Shown: positions 34,509 to 46,498, numbered from the stretch's first letter. The stretch: 64,000 nucleotides of DNA from an uncultured Nitrososphaeraceae archaeon (GCA_963729045.1 CAVSMN010000020.1:64001-128000), one strand, 5' to 3'. The notes: generated by a model not told the origin, from the letters alone. Translations and numbers: made by a program.

Positions 34509-35514
34509 TTTATTATTGACGCTCGATGTTATAAGTTATTTTCTTCATTTTATTATTTTCTTAAAGCATCTATTGAATATAAGTTTGTTTTTTACTTGGC
34601 TTAAAACTTTAATCCTTAATTCATTTGCATATTACATGAATGCAATTATTGGAAAGATATGGTCGTCAAATCTACTTGTAGTATTTTCTAAAATTTATTA
34701 AATTCACGATTGGAGAAAAAAATCCAGGATGATTCTCCTAAATCATTTTTCAAGATTTCGGAGGAGCAAATAAACACGTACTATACCTAACGAAATATCT
34801 GTCGCATTAATAAGAATTCAAATTGACAATAAATGTCTCTTTATGATGGTAGGACTATTCTTTCTTATGTGTTGATAATGTCAGTAGTGTATTCCTTCAA
34901 ACAGACGGTTTCAAACTCAGTTCATCTTTATTTACCAGGTTCTTTTCGGCTATTGCTTTGTGTAAATAAGCCAAAGACATCATTATACCACTATAATTAC
35001 CAGTACCTTTCATAGGTTAGATATATAATTTGTTCCTATTAAGTATATCAAGATGGATTCCGCACTTGATGCCTTGCAATCGTTCATATAAATTGAAATA
35101 TAGGATTTTTTGGGCCATTACCTAAGATAGGTCAATAACATATAAGGATCGATAAGCCTTAATTGCTGAAATTAGTCCAATTTACTATCCAGAAATAAGT
35201 TTACTAGCAAGTCAAATCCATTCCATTTCATTCCATAAGACAATCTAATATCGTAGATAAATTGAAATTTTCTTATTTCTATTCTATCATGTCAGAATAT
35301 GGGTGGACCAAAATCCAATCGACGGTATTTATGTCGGAAATAGATTTTGTAATCAAACTATGTAATGCATGATATATTGTATGCTATCATAAAGAAAACA
35401 AAATTAGCGGGTATGGAGGATAAAATGTCTTTAACCCAATCATTGATACGAGAAAAATAGGATCAGATAGCGAAAAGGTGATGTCTATATATTCAAAAAA
35501 TCATGTTATAATGA

Positions 35515-35985
35515 ATGAATAATAATAAATCTAATATTTTAGTTCCATTTGATGCAACTGAGCTGTCAATAAAGGCATTAGATAAAGCAAAAGATCTTGC
35601 AGCAAGCCAGAGTTCTACCATAATCGTTATGTATGTTATTGATGATACAAGCTTCTATCCCAAAGAAATTGCAAAATATATTTCAAATATGGATGATTTG
35701 GACAAAACTAGGCACTATTTTGAAAAGACAATTAGAGAGGGAGCCAAGATAATGATTGGAAAGGAGGTAGATAGATTAATCCATGAAGGTGTTGCAGCCA
35801 AGTCAATAATTCGGGTAGGTCATCCTGCAGATGAGATCCTTACTGTATCTAAGGAAGAGAATGCAAGCATGATAGTAATGGGTAGTAGTGGATCATTAAA
35901 GAAAAGACATGATAGAAAAGGTATAGGAAGTATTTCTAGATGGATTTCAGAAGTAGCAACGTGTCCAGTAGTTTTGGTAAGATAA
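35515..35985 (+). CDS. Universal stress protein (UspA family)
   Basis: ILVPFD..ELSIKAL, GHPADEIL, MIVMGSSG, GSISRWI...ATCPVVLVR. Confidence 0.95.
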   Translation: MNNNKSNILVPFDATELSIKALDKAKDLAASQSSTIIVMYVIDDTSFYPKEIAKYISNMDDLDKTRHYFEKTIREGAKIMIGKEVDRLIHEGVAAKSIIRVGHPADEILTVSKEENASMIVMGSSGSLKKRHDRKGIGSISRWISEVATCPVVLVR

Positions 35986-36088
35986 CCAAAATATAGTAAA
36001 TACCGGTAAAAAATGTGTAAATATCGATGAATTTATAGCGTTATTACATTTGCTTATATGTCTTGGTTGTTATATACAATCTATTATT

Positions 36089-37405
36089 ATGATGTCTTAT
36101 AAGTTAGATAAATATGATAAATTTCCGTTAAAAATTCTAATGGTTTCCACCGAATATCCACCCATTCCCGGAGGCGTTGGGAGATATGCAAAGAATCTCA
36201 CAGAGGGATTAAAAAGATCAGGTATGAAAGTTTCTGTTTTATGCAACGAGAAGGGAAAAGGAGATTATATGGGTATTGATCCTGAAAATAGCAATAATTC
36301 AAAAATAATACTAGATGTAATTGATGAGTATGTCCCTGATCTTGTGCACATCCAATTAGAACATGGACTTTATGGACTAAAAATGGACGCCATCAATCCA
36401 AGTAAATTAAGTACCAACATAGATGAATTTTATAAAGAATGTAAAATACCCATAATCACTACATTTCATTCTGCATATCCATTACGACAATGGATTGGGC
36501 TATCAAAACACCCTAATCTTTTAGATAAAAACATGATTACTTTTCCAATTAATTTGAGCAAGCAAATAATAGCCTATTGGAAACGCTTTATAAACTACCG
36601 ATCTTTTAATACAGCAAACAAGCAAAAAATGCAAATGAGTCAGGCCAGTATTGTTTTTTCAAATTATTTGGCCAAATTAATAGCCGAAAATGATGAAAAA
36701 TCATTGAAAAATTTTACTGTCATATATCATGGTGCAGAGTCAAATTTGAATATGCCTTTAAAGAAAAAGGAGGCAAGAGAAGCATACTCCTTACCACTAA
36801 ATCGTAAAATAGCTCTATTCTTTGGATTCATGACGCATACAAAAGGCTGGGACATATTAAATAATTTGGATATTCCAGATGATTGGGCGATGGTAATTAA
36901 TCAGTCGGAAAATTTATTCAATACGATAAAGCCGTCTTCAATTGATGGTAATGATAACCAGAAAAGAGTTCTTCACACAGAAAGGAAAGATACACGATAT
37001 AGTAAAATAATTAATTTGAATCGAGGATTCTTAACAGATAAAGAACTTTCAATTCTTTTTTATGCATGTGACATAATCATCCTTCCCTATACTGTAACTT
37101 CAGGTTCAGGGGTAATGTTTGATGCACTGGCTCACGGGTTACCATTCATAGCAACTGATTTAGGTTTCTTTAGAGAATTTGCAAATAAAGGACTTGGAAT
37201 AGTGGTAAAAAGAAGACCAAATGAATTTGCTAAAGCAATAAAGAAACTCGGAGCGAATTACTCTCATTATACTAAAAGAATTGAGGAATTCAATAAGGAA
37301 TTAACGTGGGATAATGTTGCGTTGCAGCATTATGCACTTTATACCACTGTTTTGGGTGAGAACAAGGGAATCAAAAACAACCTAGTCCCTTATGTCAGCC
37401 CATAA
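36089..37405 (+). CDS. Glycosyltransferase family 4 (GT-B)
   Basis: KILMVSTEYPPIPGGVGRY, TTFHS, IYHG, CDIIILPY...SGSGVMFDALAHGLPFIATD. Confidence 0.9.
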   Translation: MMSYKLDKYDKFPLKILMVSTEYPPIPGGVGRYAKNLTEGLKRSGMKVSVLCNEKGKGDYMGIDPENSNNSKIILDVIDEYVPDLVHIQLEHGLYGLKMDAINPSKLSTNIDEFYKECKIPIITTFHSAYPLRQWIGLSKHPNLLDKNMITFPINLSKQIIAYWKRFINYRSFNTANKQKMQMSQASIVFSNYLAKLIAENDEKSLKNFTVIYHGAESNLNMPLKKKEAREAYSLPLNRKIALFFGFMTHTKGWDILNNLDIPDDWAMVINQSENLFNTIKPSSIDGNDNQKRVLHTERKDTRYSKIINLNRGFLTDKELSILFYACDIIILPYTVTSGSGVMFDALAHGLPFIATDLGFFREFANKGLGIVVKRRPNEFAKAIKKLGANYSHYTKRIEEFNKELTWDNVALQHYALYTTVLGENKGIKNNLVPYVSP

Positions 37406-37741
37406 TAGAAATTTAATAGTTTCATGATTTATTATGACCGACACTTAGGTTATATGCTCAATGGATTCATACATTAAAGAAGAGATTATTTTTTTAATCT
37501 CTGATAAGAACATGAAAAGACATGGTTCTGAATTTGTTTTCACTGCTTACTATAGTATTTAATAGTTAATGTAAAAGGTAATGATTTGAAGATTTTCTAA
37601 ATTACATTTTATGGAACAATGAAATAATATAATATATGATGATAGTCAGTGAAATTGTCGCTCCATTTTTATTAAATCTTACTATAATAAACAGTTTTCT
37701 TAATCCTACACTATTTCAATGAGTTAACGACCCATGGTAGA

Positions 37742-38725
37742 TTAACTATTTTGAAAAATATAATCTACAAGATCGCTTATCTTGGCAGTGGCAACGCAAC
37801 ACACCTTGTCCGCACCACCATAATAAACAAAAAGTTCTCCATTGATAATGCAAGCACCTGTAGGAAAGACCACATTGTTTACATCACCATATTTCTCATA
37901 TTGTGTAGTAGGCACTAGAATGGGTTCTTTGCTTCTACAAATTATTTTATATGGATCTTCTAAATCCAGAAGTGCAGCACCAGCACTATAGGTTCTGTCT
38001 GCGCTCACACCATGATATATCACTAACCACCCATATTTTGTTCTAATAGGCGGAGAACCAGCACCGATCTTTAATTCTTCCCATTTTTGTTCCGGCTTCA
38101 TGAGCAAAGTATGCGTTTCAAAACTTGTCAATGTAGTTCCCTCTCCAATCCATATACTGGGTTTATCAATTCCGTATGCGTCACCTACCCATGAACTTGG
38201 CCTATGCAAGCAGAAATACGCCATCTTTTCACTATTGATGGTATTTTTAGAGGGTAATTTGGTTGGAAAAAGAACCACATCTTTGTTATCCATCCCTTCA
38301 TTCGTAATAATGCCCAGTCTTTCAAATTTGGAATAATCTCTAGTAGTTGCTAATGCGGTTGATACCATTGGACCTTTTTTTGGACGATCAGGTAATACTA
38401 CATAAGTAATGTAAACTTGACTGTCAATTTCGGACAATCTGGGATCTTCGATACCGTATTTTTCGTAGTCCAATGTCGGATTAAACGCAATTCCATCACG
38501 CCTGCTAAAGAGGTAACCATCATCACTGGATGCATATCCTATTCTTGAAAGGTAGTGTTCATATTCTCCGATCGCACGATAAAGCATGTGAATTTTTTTT
38601 CCATCATTTAATATGGCACAGTTAAAAACAGCTTCTGATTCCCACCAGTTATTCTTATTGGGAATAAGTATAGGATTATTTGAATATCTCTTTAGGATTT
38701 CGGGGTTCAATTGGACGGAGTTCAA
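37742..38725 (-). CDS. GH130-family beta-mannoside phosphorylase/glycosidase
   Basis: NNPIL, VFNCA, LYRA, GIEDPR, NKDVVLFP, HRP, KIGAGSPP, WLVIYHGV, NVVFPTG, YYGGAD. Confidence 0.9.
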   Translation of the reverse strand: MNSVQLNPEILKRYSNNPILIPNKNNWWESEAVFNCAILNDGKKIHMLYRAIGEYEHYLSRIGYASSDDGYLFSRRDGIAFNPTLDYEKYGIEDPRLSEIDSQVYITYVVLPDRPKKGPMVSTALATTRDYSKFERLGIITNEGMDNKDVVLFPTKLPSKNTINSEKMAYFCLHRPSSWVGDAYGIDKPSIWIGEGTTLTSFETHTLLMKPEQKWEELKIGAGSPPIRTKYGWLVIYHGVSADRTYSAGAALLDLEDPYKIICRSKEPILVPTTQYEKYGDVNNVVFPTGACIINGELFVYYGGADKVCCVATAKISDLVDYIFQNS

Positions 38726-39076
38726 TTGGATAAATCGCTAACACAGAATTTATCTTTTGAGATGATGTTGCTCAGAATTGGTATAAACATTGAATACGGT
38801 TGTTTCCGAGGTATTTAAATAGCATACTAAAAGCAATGTTTTACTGGATGTTTGTTTGAGATGGGCTTATTACATATTGATATATAGATGATCTGTCGAT
38901 TTTAATTAATAACAAGATAATTGCTATTCTAGTTTCATGTAGAAAATTGCGAAGAAAATGGCAATAATGATGAGTAGTATGAATCAGAAATATCAGAGAA
39001 ATGCACTATTGTACAACTAGAAGCAGGCACTCACGTCATTAAATGAGAATAACGGAAATGAAACAAAAAAATAACT

Positions 39077-39214
39077 TTATGTGAATTGCTGGCACTTACA
39101 AAATAAACAGCGATGATCATAAAATCTTGGGCCACTGGGTTGTTGTCTATGCTCATCCTTTGAATGGGTACAATTCTTACACATTAACAATTGAATGTTA
39201 TCCATGTTACTCAT
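39077..39214 (-). CDS. 45-aa Cys/His-rich microprotein (not in ORF track)
   Basis: MSNMDNIQLLMCKNCTHSKDEHRQQPSGPRFYDHRCLFCKCQQFT: CxxCxHx4H...CxxCxCxxF. Confidence 0.7.
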   Translation of the reverse strand: MSNMDNIQLLMCKNCTHSKDEHRQQPSGPRFYDHRCLFCKCQQFT

Positions 39215-39788
39215 AACTTAAGATATACATGATACATATTAAGGATTATCAAAATAATACTAAATAGCATATATAATAAGATAAAAACCAGACATAAAGT
39301 AATTGCAATAGAACCCAACAAAGCTTTCTTTCATTATCTAACCATCATCTCATCCAACAATTCTCGAAGATTTGGTGATCGCTGCTAATGGTAATATATT
39401 ACAAGTAGAGGTTAATCAGAGCGAAAATCCTTTCTTTTTGACTTTTGGGTATATTTAGTTAAACTTTAGCCTTTATTTCGAATAAATATTATTAGAACAT
39501 ATTTTACCAATTCAAATTTTGATAGTCATTATTTTTATACAAGTGTATGAATCACAAGATCAAATAAAAAGTGATGCCATCAGGGTTGATGAGAGTTTCA
39601 AAACATGTTTAGAAACACCCACTAACGTATCTTTGCTATAAGCAAGGCTAGATCATATTGATATGATGACCAAAATACGAATAAACACCCCTAACATGAA
39701 GTACAATTCTATAAACTGGTAAAAACTTTATTTTTTGGAGATAAAACGATATAAAAATTATGATATTATGTGAGGTAGTGAAGGAGAT

Positions 39789-40148
39789 CTAGTTTGCACG
39801 TATCTCTGGAGTTTCATAAAATCTCCTGCTAAATTCCTTAGAGATTTCTTCTTCTTTTATAATCTCTCCTCTTCGTCCAGGAGTTCGCATCATTTGCTGT
39901 CTAACACTTCTTCTTTCGTCGTCTAACTCATCAAATCCTCTTTCTATATCATATATTTGCTGTTTCTTAGTTCTTAATTCTTGAGAATATCTTTGGCGAA
40001 AAGATGTTTCCACATTTTCATTTGATTGTTCTTCAGCAATGACAACAATACTTTCATTTTTTGTCTGATTGATCACAGTGCTTTTATGAAGAGAATCTAA
40101 TGACATGAAGGGAAGGTGATTATTATTATAACTTTTTTCTATTACCAT
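39789..40148 (-). CDS. Hypothetical charged helical protein
   Basis: 119-aa ORF with coiled-coil-like E/R/K-rich C-terminal half. Confidence 0.6.
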   Translation of the reverse strand: MVIEKSYNNNHLPFMSLDSLHKSTVINQTKNESIVVIAEEQSNENVETSFRQRYSQELRTKKQQIYDIERGFDELDDERRSVRQQMMRTPGRRGEIIKEEEISKEFSRRFYETPEIRAN

Positions 40149-40926
40149 ATTACTATATACATACCATGTCTCTTAAGTATATTATGATGGATATCGTTTT
40201 CAGTTCATGTTAATCATCATTTCAATATCTATTAAAAATGATTCCTTCACATGAACCATTAATTCAATAGCAAACAGCATGATCTGGAACTAGAATAACG
40301 AATAGAATAATTAGGTCATAATTGACCATTTTTGTGTTAATCTTTTCAAGGCAATATCTCAGTTTACCGCACCTGATAACATACATAGCACTATTAAGAG
40401 TGCATAAAAGAAATTCCATTTTTTATGGACATTACTCAATTGATGGAAAATGGATTAGGATTTGTTTGGGGAATGCTTTAGAAAAATACTATGATAAAAC
40501 TTCAGAGAGAGAAACAAACAGTATTGTAGCAGGTCATAGTTTCTTGCAATTTTAGAACAACTTATTTAAATCCAAATTACTCCATAGGATATTATAGAAA
40601 TAGAATACGGAAATAATATAGATATTTTATGTTATCGATGACCAGGTACATTGGATGAAATCCTGAATTTGAACTAACCCTACTAGTACAAGTAGAAGTA
40701 ATGAGGAGAAATGACAAATCTTGAACATGAAAATACTTGTATGTCATTTATGATCAAATTGTCCAAATACTCCTTTTACGACATTCTAATTGAATTGGAC
40801 ATTAATCATAGAAAAGAGAAGATGGAAAGTTTAACCTTATCCAAAAGAGTGCAGATCCACTAAAGAATATGTCTAAATACGCGTATTATTAATATACTTT
40901 GGAATCTATATTATCTATGATTACTA

Positions 40927-41895
40927 TTGGTAGATCTTGTATACGGTATGGGTATAACCGATATAATAAAAGACGCTCCTACAATTTTTAGTATCCTAAG
41001 TAAATATATGTCTATAAAGTTTTTTAAATCTAAACCATTTATCTATGGTTCTGCAGACATTATCAACGTCTGTAATTTACATTGTTCCCATTGTTACTGG
41101 TGGAAAACTAGAAGAAATGAACTAGACGAGTTGAGTCCCGGGGACTGGAAAGAAATAATAAAACAGACCTTTAAAAAACATCATGTTTATGTAGTTACAC
41201 TCGTTGGAGGCGAGCCGATGATGCGTCAAGATATTATAAAGGTTTTTTGTGATGAGATGCCTAGAAGAATATGTGTAGTAACAAACGGTACTTATCCTTT
41301 AGTAAGATTTGACAAGCTTTACTTTTACTGGGTATCACTTGATGGTACAGAACAAGTACATGATAGCATTAGAGGAAAAGGCGCTTATGCGAAAACCAAA
41401 AAGAATATTTTAGACTATATCTCCGGGCCCGCTCGCAACGGAAAACCAGCTTGGAAGGACATTTGGATCACAATGACTATAAATTCTCTGAATTATACCA
41501 CCATAGAAGATCTAATTGATGAATGGAAAGATACGATAAATAAAATAGGGTTTCAATTTCATACACCCTTTGCAGATAATGATCCACTTTGGTTACCATT
41601 CGGTGATACAAGAACTGATATAATTAATAATATTCAAAGATTAAGAACTAAATATCCAGATTTTATCATGAACACAGAAAAACAACTAGAATTAATGAAA
41701 GGCAACTGGGGAGGGATTAAAACTACTCCCGTGGACTGTCCTTCGTGGGCAATATTATCGTTAGATCACAAAGGAATGTCAAAACAGCCTTGTTGTATTG
41801 GAAGCTCCGACAGTAAAGCAATGAAGCCAATATGTGAAAAATGTGGACTGGGATGTTATTCGATACTAGTTGCTCAAGGATTGAAAAATAATTGA
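40927..41895 (+). CDS. Radical SAM protein with C-terminal auxiliary Cys cluster (start probably ATG 40948)
   Basis: CNLHCSHC, GGEP, TNGT, VSLDG...HDSIRGKG; C-terminal C...PCC...CEKCGLGC. Confidence 0.9.
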   Translation: MVDLVYGMGITDIIKDAPTIFSILSKYMSIKFFKSKPFIYGSADIINVCNLHCSHCYWWKTRRNELDELSPGDWKEIIKQTFKKHHVYVVTLVGGEPMMRQDIIKVFCDEMPRRICVVTNGTYPLVRFDKLYFYWVSLDGTEQVHDSIRGKGAYAKTKKNILDYISGPARNGKPAWKDIWITMTINSLNYTTIEDLIDEWKDTINKIGFQFHTPFADNDPLWLPFGDTRTDIINNIQRLRTKYPDFIMNTEKQLELMKGNWGGIKTTPVDCPSWAILSLDHKGMSKQPCCIGSSDSKAMKPICEKCGLGCYSILVAQGLKNN

Positions 41896-42523
41896 CAATG
41901 ATTTGCTTTTTGGCTGACATTCTCTTAAAGAATTAACGGATCTCGAATAACAATGTTCATAAATGTTAACCACTATTAGACACATTATTAGACGTCTTTT
42001 GATAGCATCATCATTCATACGTGCATTATGTATCACATCAAAAAAGAGGAATATCTGTTTAAACTTCGTAAATGTCATTCTGCGGCTAGCAAATAAATTC
42101 AGATAATCTCAAACCACATATACATAGAGACCAAACACTTGGAAGGAAAATATCCATGGATTATCTATTTTATTATGACAGCAACATCAAGATAAAGTAT
42201 GATGAATAAAATCTATATTACCATTTTCTGATTTCTAAATTATGAATTTTTTAAATAGTATATTATTAATGTGTGGATTAGTTTTTATAATTTTAACTAT
42301 TCCTTATAGTCCCGATCTGTTAAGTTTCTTAAGAGAGAAATTAGCGATGTCGATATCTCTGACAAAGGAAATGCGAAGATATCGGACTGAAAGTAACAAG
42401 AAGTAAAAAGAAAATAAATAGATTAATAGAATGCCAAGAAGATGAGAAAATACAAATTCAGCTCAATAAACAAGACCTTAATGATATCTTTATTATAATA
42501 CGATTTGACTAATTCAATATATC

Positions 42524-42835
42524 ATGGAAAAGAGTCAAAAGATCATCATAGTTTTATCTATACCAATAATCATCATAACTGCAGTAGTAGTAGGATTATT
42601 TGCCCCATTCGCTTTTGAAGAACAATGTAAACAAAAGGCCAGTGAAATAATAAATAATTTATTTGCACTGGAAGGAAATAAGGAAAATTTTCTTGCATCT
42701 TATGAAAAAGGGACTATATCAAATCGATCTCAGGCGGAATTACAAAAATTAGATATGGTACTTAGCAATTGTCCTGAGTTAAAATCCATATCTACAAAAG
42801 AATCAGAATATGATATTTCTTTTCTACGGAGATAA
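42524..42835 (+). CDS. Membrane-anchored hypothetical protein
   Basis: N-terminal TM helix; two Cys in the soluble part. Confidence 0.6.
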   Translation: MEKSQKIIIVLSIPIIIITAVVVGLFAPFAFEEQCKQKASEIINNLFALEGNKENFLASYEKGTISNRSQAELQKLDMVLSNCPELKSISTKESEYDISFLRR

Positions 42836-43365
42836 CTTTCCCTCTTCATTATTGATATTTGCGAGGAGTATGGAAAAGATTTGAACTAGAGGGCAGGACC
42901 AATATTAACAGGATCTTACACCAATCTGATGATGAAAATCGATTAACTTTTGGATATACTCTCATTTTCCCCAACAAATCGAATCTCAGGATGGAATTTT
43001 TTCTAAAATATTAATGGTTAATAGAGATAAACTGCGTATGAATAAGTTAAACAATGTGGAAATGGCCGTATTTCTAACCAATGACTTGTCAAAACTATCA
43101 ATACAAAGGCTTCAGTCGACCTATGTCTTCTGAAAATCGTGTTCTAGTATGTGGCAATAAACTTCAGAATAGATAAAATATTCAAAATCCTGTCTTTTCA
43201 ATATTACAAGAGTATTCAAAAATCCTTGAATGGTGTTTTATTTGTGGATAACTTGAAAATGGCCAAAATATTTTATGCTGCTCGTAGACCCAATTACAAT
43301 ATTATTGTTATATTATTGCCAATAGATACCAATATCTATAAATATCTGAGGCGCATAAATACTCT

Positions 43366-43527
43366 ATGAATAAAACAATTAAAGAAGTGGCAAAAATGAT
43401 GGACAACAAGATAAATATGGATTCCAATTCAATACAATCGGACAGGTTAACCAAAGAACAGGTACAAATAGTTGAAGAATTCGTAAATGCTTTTAACAAG
43501 AGAATATCCATGTTCCTTGTCTCCTAG
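43366..43527 (+). CDS. 53-aa hypothetical protein (not in ORF track)
   Basis: MNKTIKEVAKMMDNKINMDSNSIQSDRLTKEQVQIVEEFVNAFNKRISMFLVS; TATAAATA about 28 nt upstream. Confidence 0.5.
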   Translation: MNKTIKEVAKMMDNKINMDSNSIQSDRLTKEQVQIVEEFVNAFNKRISMFLVS

Positions 43528-43621
43528 CATATCGTGAAAATTAAGTATTTTGATATTATTGGTAGTATCTTTATATGAAAATGGACATATCGCTTTAATA
43601 TAAGCATTCTTAATATTTCAG

Positions 43622-44246
43622 ATGCAAAAAAACCATGTATCAACCAAGTTATTTATTGCAATTGCATGGATTATGACTCTTGGAATTTTTGCCAGTGCTT
43701 TTTCAAATCCGGACTCAAATGGTCTAGATTCAGAACCTAATAACAAGGATAATTTATTATGGCAAGATTCAAATAATTCAAATACAACTACAGTGAATGC
43801 AAAACAGATTTATTTTAGTCATGGCAATATCACAAATCAAACAATAATTGAGAGCGGAATAAATGGGACAAAGGTTCAGGTTTCTTACGAAGGTATTGGA
43901 CAATTTGCTGGCGGGGGACCCAGGGTTACTGAATACTGGATTTATATGAACAACCATAGATCCGATGGTGTAATTCAAGGAGAAGGAAATGGCAAATTAG
44001 TTCTACATTGAGAACAATGATACCAATTCAAAGTACGATTCTGTCAAAATGAAAGGATACGGTCGCGGGTTTACAGATTCAAATGGCAATATCATGTTTT
44101 ATCCTACTGCACAACTATACGATACACCGTTAAATGATAACGGTTCGCTTACATTTCTCAATAAAGTTATCGGCATAGCAGATTGGGATATAGATAATGA
44201 ACTAAATACTTACAATTATACAATGTGGAACCTAGAAGTCAACTGA
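43622..44246 (+). CDS. Secreted beta-rich hypothetical protein, frameshift near 44000
   Basis: ORF 43622..44011 continues in the next frame FYIENNDTNSKYDSVKMKGYG into ORF 44049..44246. Confidence 0.7.
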
Positions 44247-44830
44247 TTTTTTTTGTATATTTGGATCAAGGAAATATTCAAGGTGGTCTGGCAATAGCAC
44301 ATCCAATAACAGAATAGAAATTCTGTGATATGCATGATGTGAAGTTGGATAAGAAAATGAGAAATGACAGCATTTCGAACAGTTTTTGGTAAAATCGAGG
44401 ACTAGATCCTATGGGGAGAAGTTTCTATTATATTACCTATGCTAGTCTCTCGCGTCTCTCTCTACTATATCTATCGTATGCAATATTCGGTGATCTATTT
44501 TTAGTCAAACATTTAACATTGTGCCGTGGAGAAATAGACGAATGGAGTTTCTTGTATTATTCTCTGCTGGATACCTGAATTATAAGAAGAATAACATATA
44601 TTTTCCCTGAATAATGATTGTCATATTATCGCCATAAAGTTATTGCTGAATGAGGAAAAATTCTGAAGTTACTGTTAGAATAAAAAACAATTGATCTTTT
44701 TTGTATCTTGGTTTAATATAGATAAATTAAAGCATTTATGATATCAACAAATGATTTGCCATTAAACTATAGATTGTTAATCGTAATCAAGCGAAGTATT
44801 ATTATAACATTTAAACATAATTTTACTATT

Positions 44831-45901
44831 GTGAATCAGAAAAATACCCTATCTGTTCTATTAGTGTTAGGTATTTTATTTAGCATAATAATCCATAGTA
44901 ATACAAGTATTAGTCCTGATTCTACTTTTTTCCAAAATGCGTATGGTCACAATTTTCCTCCAAATAATTATGCTTCATTTATCGCATCTTTAGATCAATT
45001 TCAGACAGAATCGAATCTTGTCCAGTCAAATCTTCTAAATAATAATATAACTTTGGCTCAAAAACATGCAGATGAAGCTGTTAGTATTTTTTACTGGGAC
45101 TTGTTGGTAGAAATAGTTAAACAGGATAAAAAAATTGGAGATGATCTTAAATTAGCAGTAGAAAATTTGCGCAACCTGACGTCTTCATTTTCAAATACCC
45201 CTTCATCAGTTCAAGGTGAAAAACAAAAACTAGAACAATCAAATCAATTAGTTGCGAGTATCAATACGAATGTAGACAAAGTCATAACCCTAACGGAAAC
45301 CAAAAAACAATCAGAAGATTCTAACTTTCTAAATCAAGTTACTACGTTCATATCAAATATATTTAGTCCAAAAAAGGATAACAACAGTGGCTCAATCCAT
45401 CCTATGAGATTTGCTGATGGGGTAGACGAGGTACTAAGGAATTATGGTGATGCTTATAGTGTTGACTTTGATATGACCGATATGGGAAATATGGGAAATA
45501 TGGGAAATACAAACAAAGGGTCTATGGTTGAAAATAGTAATAGTTATAATTCTAATAACAATAGCAACATGGATATGAACAAGATGATGGATATGCCACC
45601 ATCAATGAAGGATTCGGATACCAAAATGAATACAAATAAACCCATAGTAAATATGGCAAATTATCAAAGTGCAAAAGGCATGGCTGAAAAACTATTGGAT
45701 ATCTTTAATAAAGAACTTAAACCCATCATATCCCAAAATGGGACTTCCACGTATGGTACGAATCTGGAAAGTGGTATTATGCAACTTGTAAATTCGATAG
45801 AATCCAAAGTTCCACCAATGGATATAATGATGATCGTTCATACACAGATTCATCCTAATTTGATAAAAGCTTTTGACTTGCAGATTCTTTCAAGTACGTA
45901 A
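44831..45901 (+). CDS. Secreted Met-rich hypothetical protein (HNF...HxxxHPNL family, paralog of 3510..4262)
   Basis: Likely GTG start 44831; signal ending AYG|HNF; DEVLRNYG; MTDMGNMGNMGN and MDMNKMMDM; IVHTQIHPNL. Confidence 0.8.
   Translation: MNQKNTLSVLLVLGILFSIIIHSNTSISPDSTFFQNAYGHNFPPNNYASFIASLDQFQTESNLVQSNLLNNNITLAQKHADEAVSIFYWDLLVEIVKQDKKIGDDLKLAVENLRNLTSSFSNTPSSVQGEKQKLEQSNQLVASINTNVDKVITLTETKKQSEDSNFLNQVTTFISNIFSPKKDNNSGSIHPMRFADGVDEVLRNYGDAYSVDFDMTDMGNMGNMGNTNKGSMVENSNSYNSNNNSNMDMNKMMDMPPSMKDSDTKMNTNKPIVNMANYQSAKGMAEKLLDIFNKELKPIISQNGTSTYGTNLESGIMQLVNSIESKVPPMDIMMIVHTQIHPNLIKAFDLQILSST
45482..45508 (+). repeat. In-frame 9-bp tandem repeat (ATGGGAAAT x3) encoding MGN
   Basis: Read directly from the sequence. 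Confidence 0.9.
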
Positions 45902-46498
45902 TAATCAGAGGAAAATTTTTATTTTTATGTGATTTGGAATAGGCCACTAGATCATTCGCAGTCGCCTTGTTTGACCTATAATTAGCCATGTTGGTGTCTA
46001 TCAATGGTTAAGATGAGATGAATAAAATTTTGGTGTTTAGTAGGTATGTCAAGTTGGCGTGTAAGTAGGATGTCAATCTTGCTGTTCACAGTAGTATTTT
46101 GCATATCACATCATGAAAATTAGCATTTAATATCTTAACTTTTTAAGGTGTGTGAACATAGGACGCACCAACTAACAACTAACCAAGCATATTTACTTAT
46201 ACTGTATTAGAAAAGGCAGACAATATTCAATATTGGTAAATAACTAAATGATCTGTTTGGTGATTTGATTTTTTTCATAAAATACTTTCCTAGAAATCAG
46301 TACGCAACTGATCAGGATAATCACTCTATCAAAACAAAAAAAGGAACGTTCACAAGTGAAAAAAATAGACATAGTTTCTATTAACGAACCTTTTGTAAAA
46401 TAATTGGATTCATTGATGCTAAAAAATATCTAAGGTATTATGAGAAGATGAAAAAATAAAAGTTCTGTAGGCATATAGATGTAATCCTATGTATGAGC

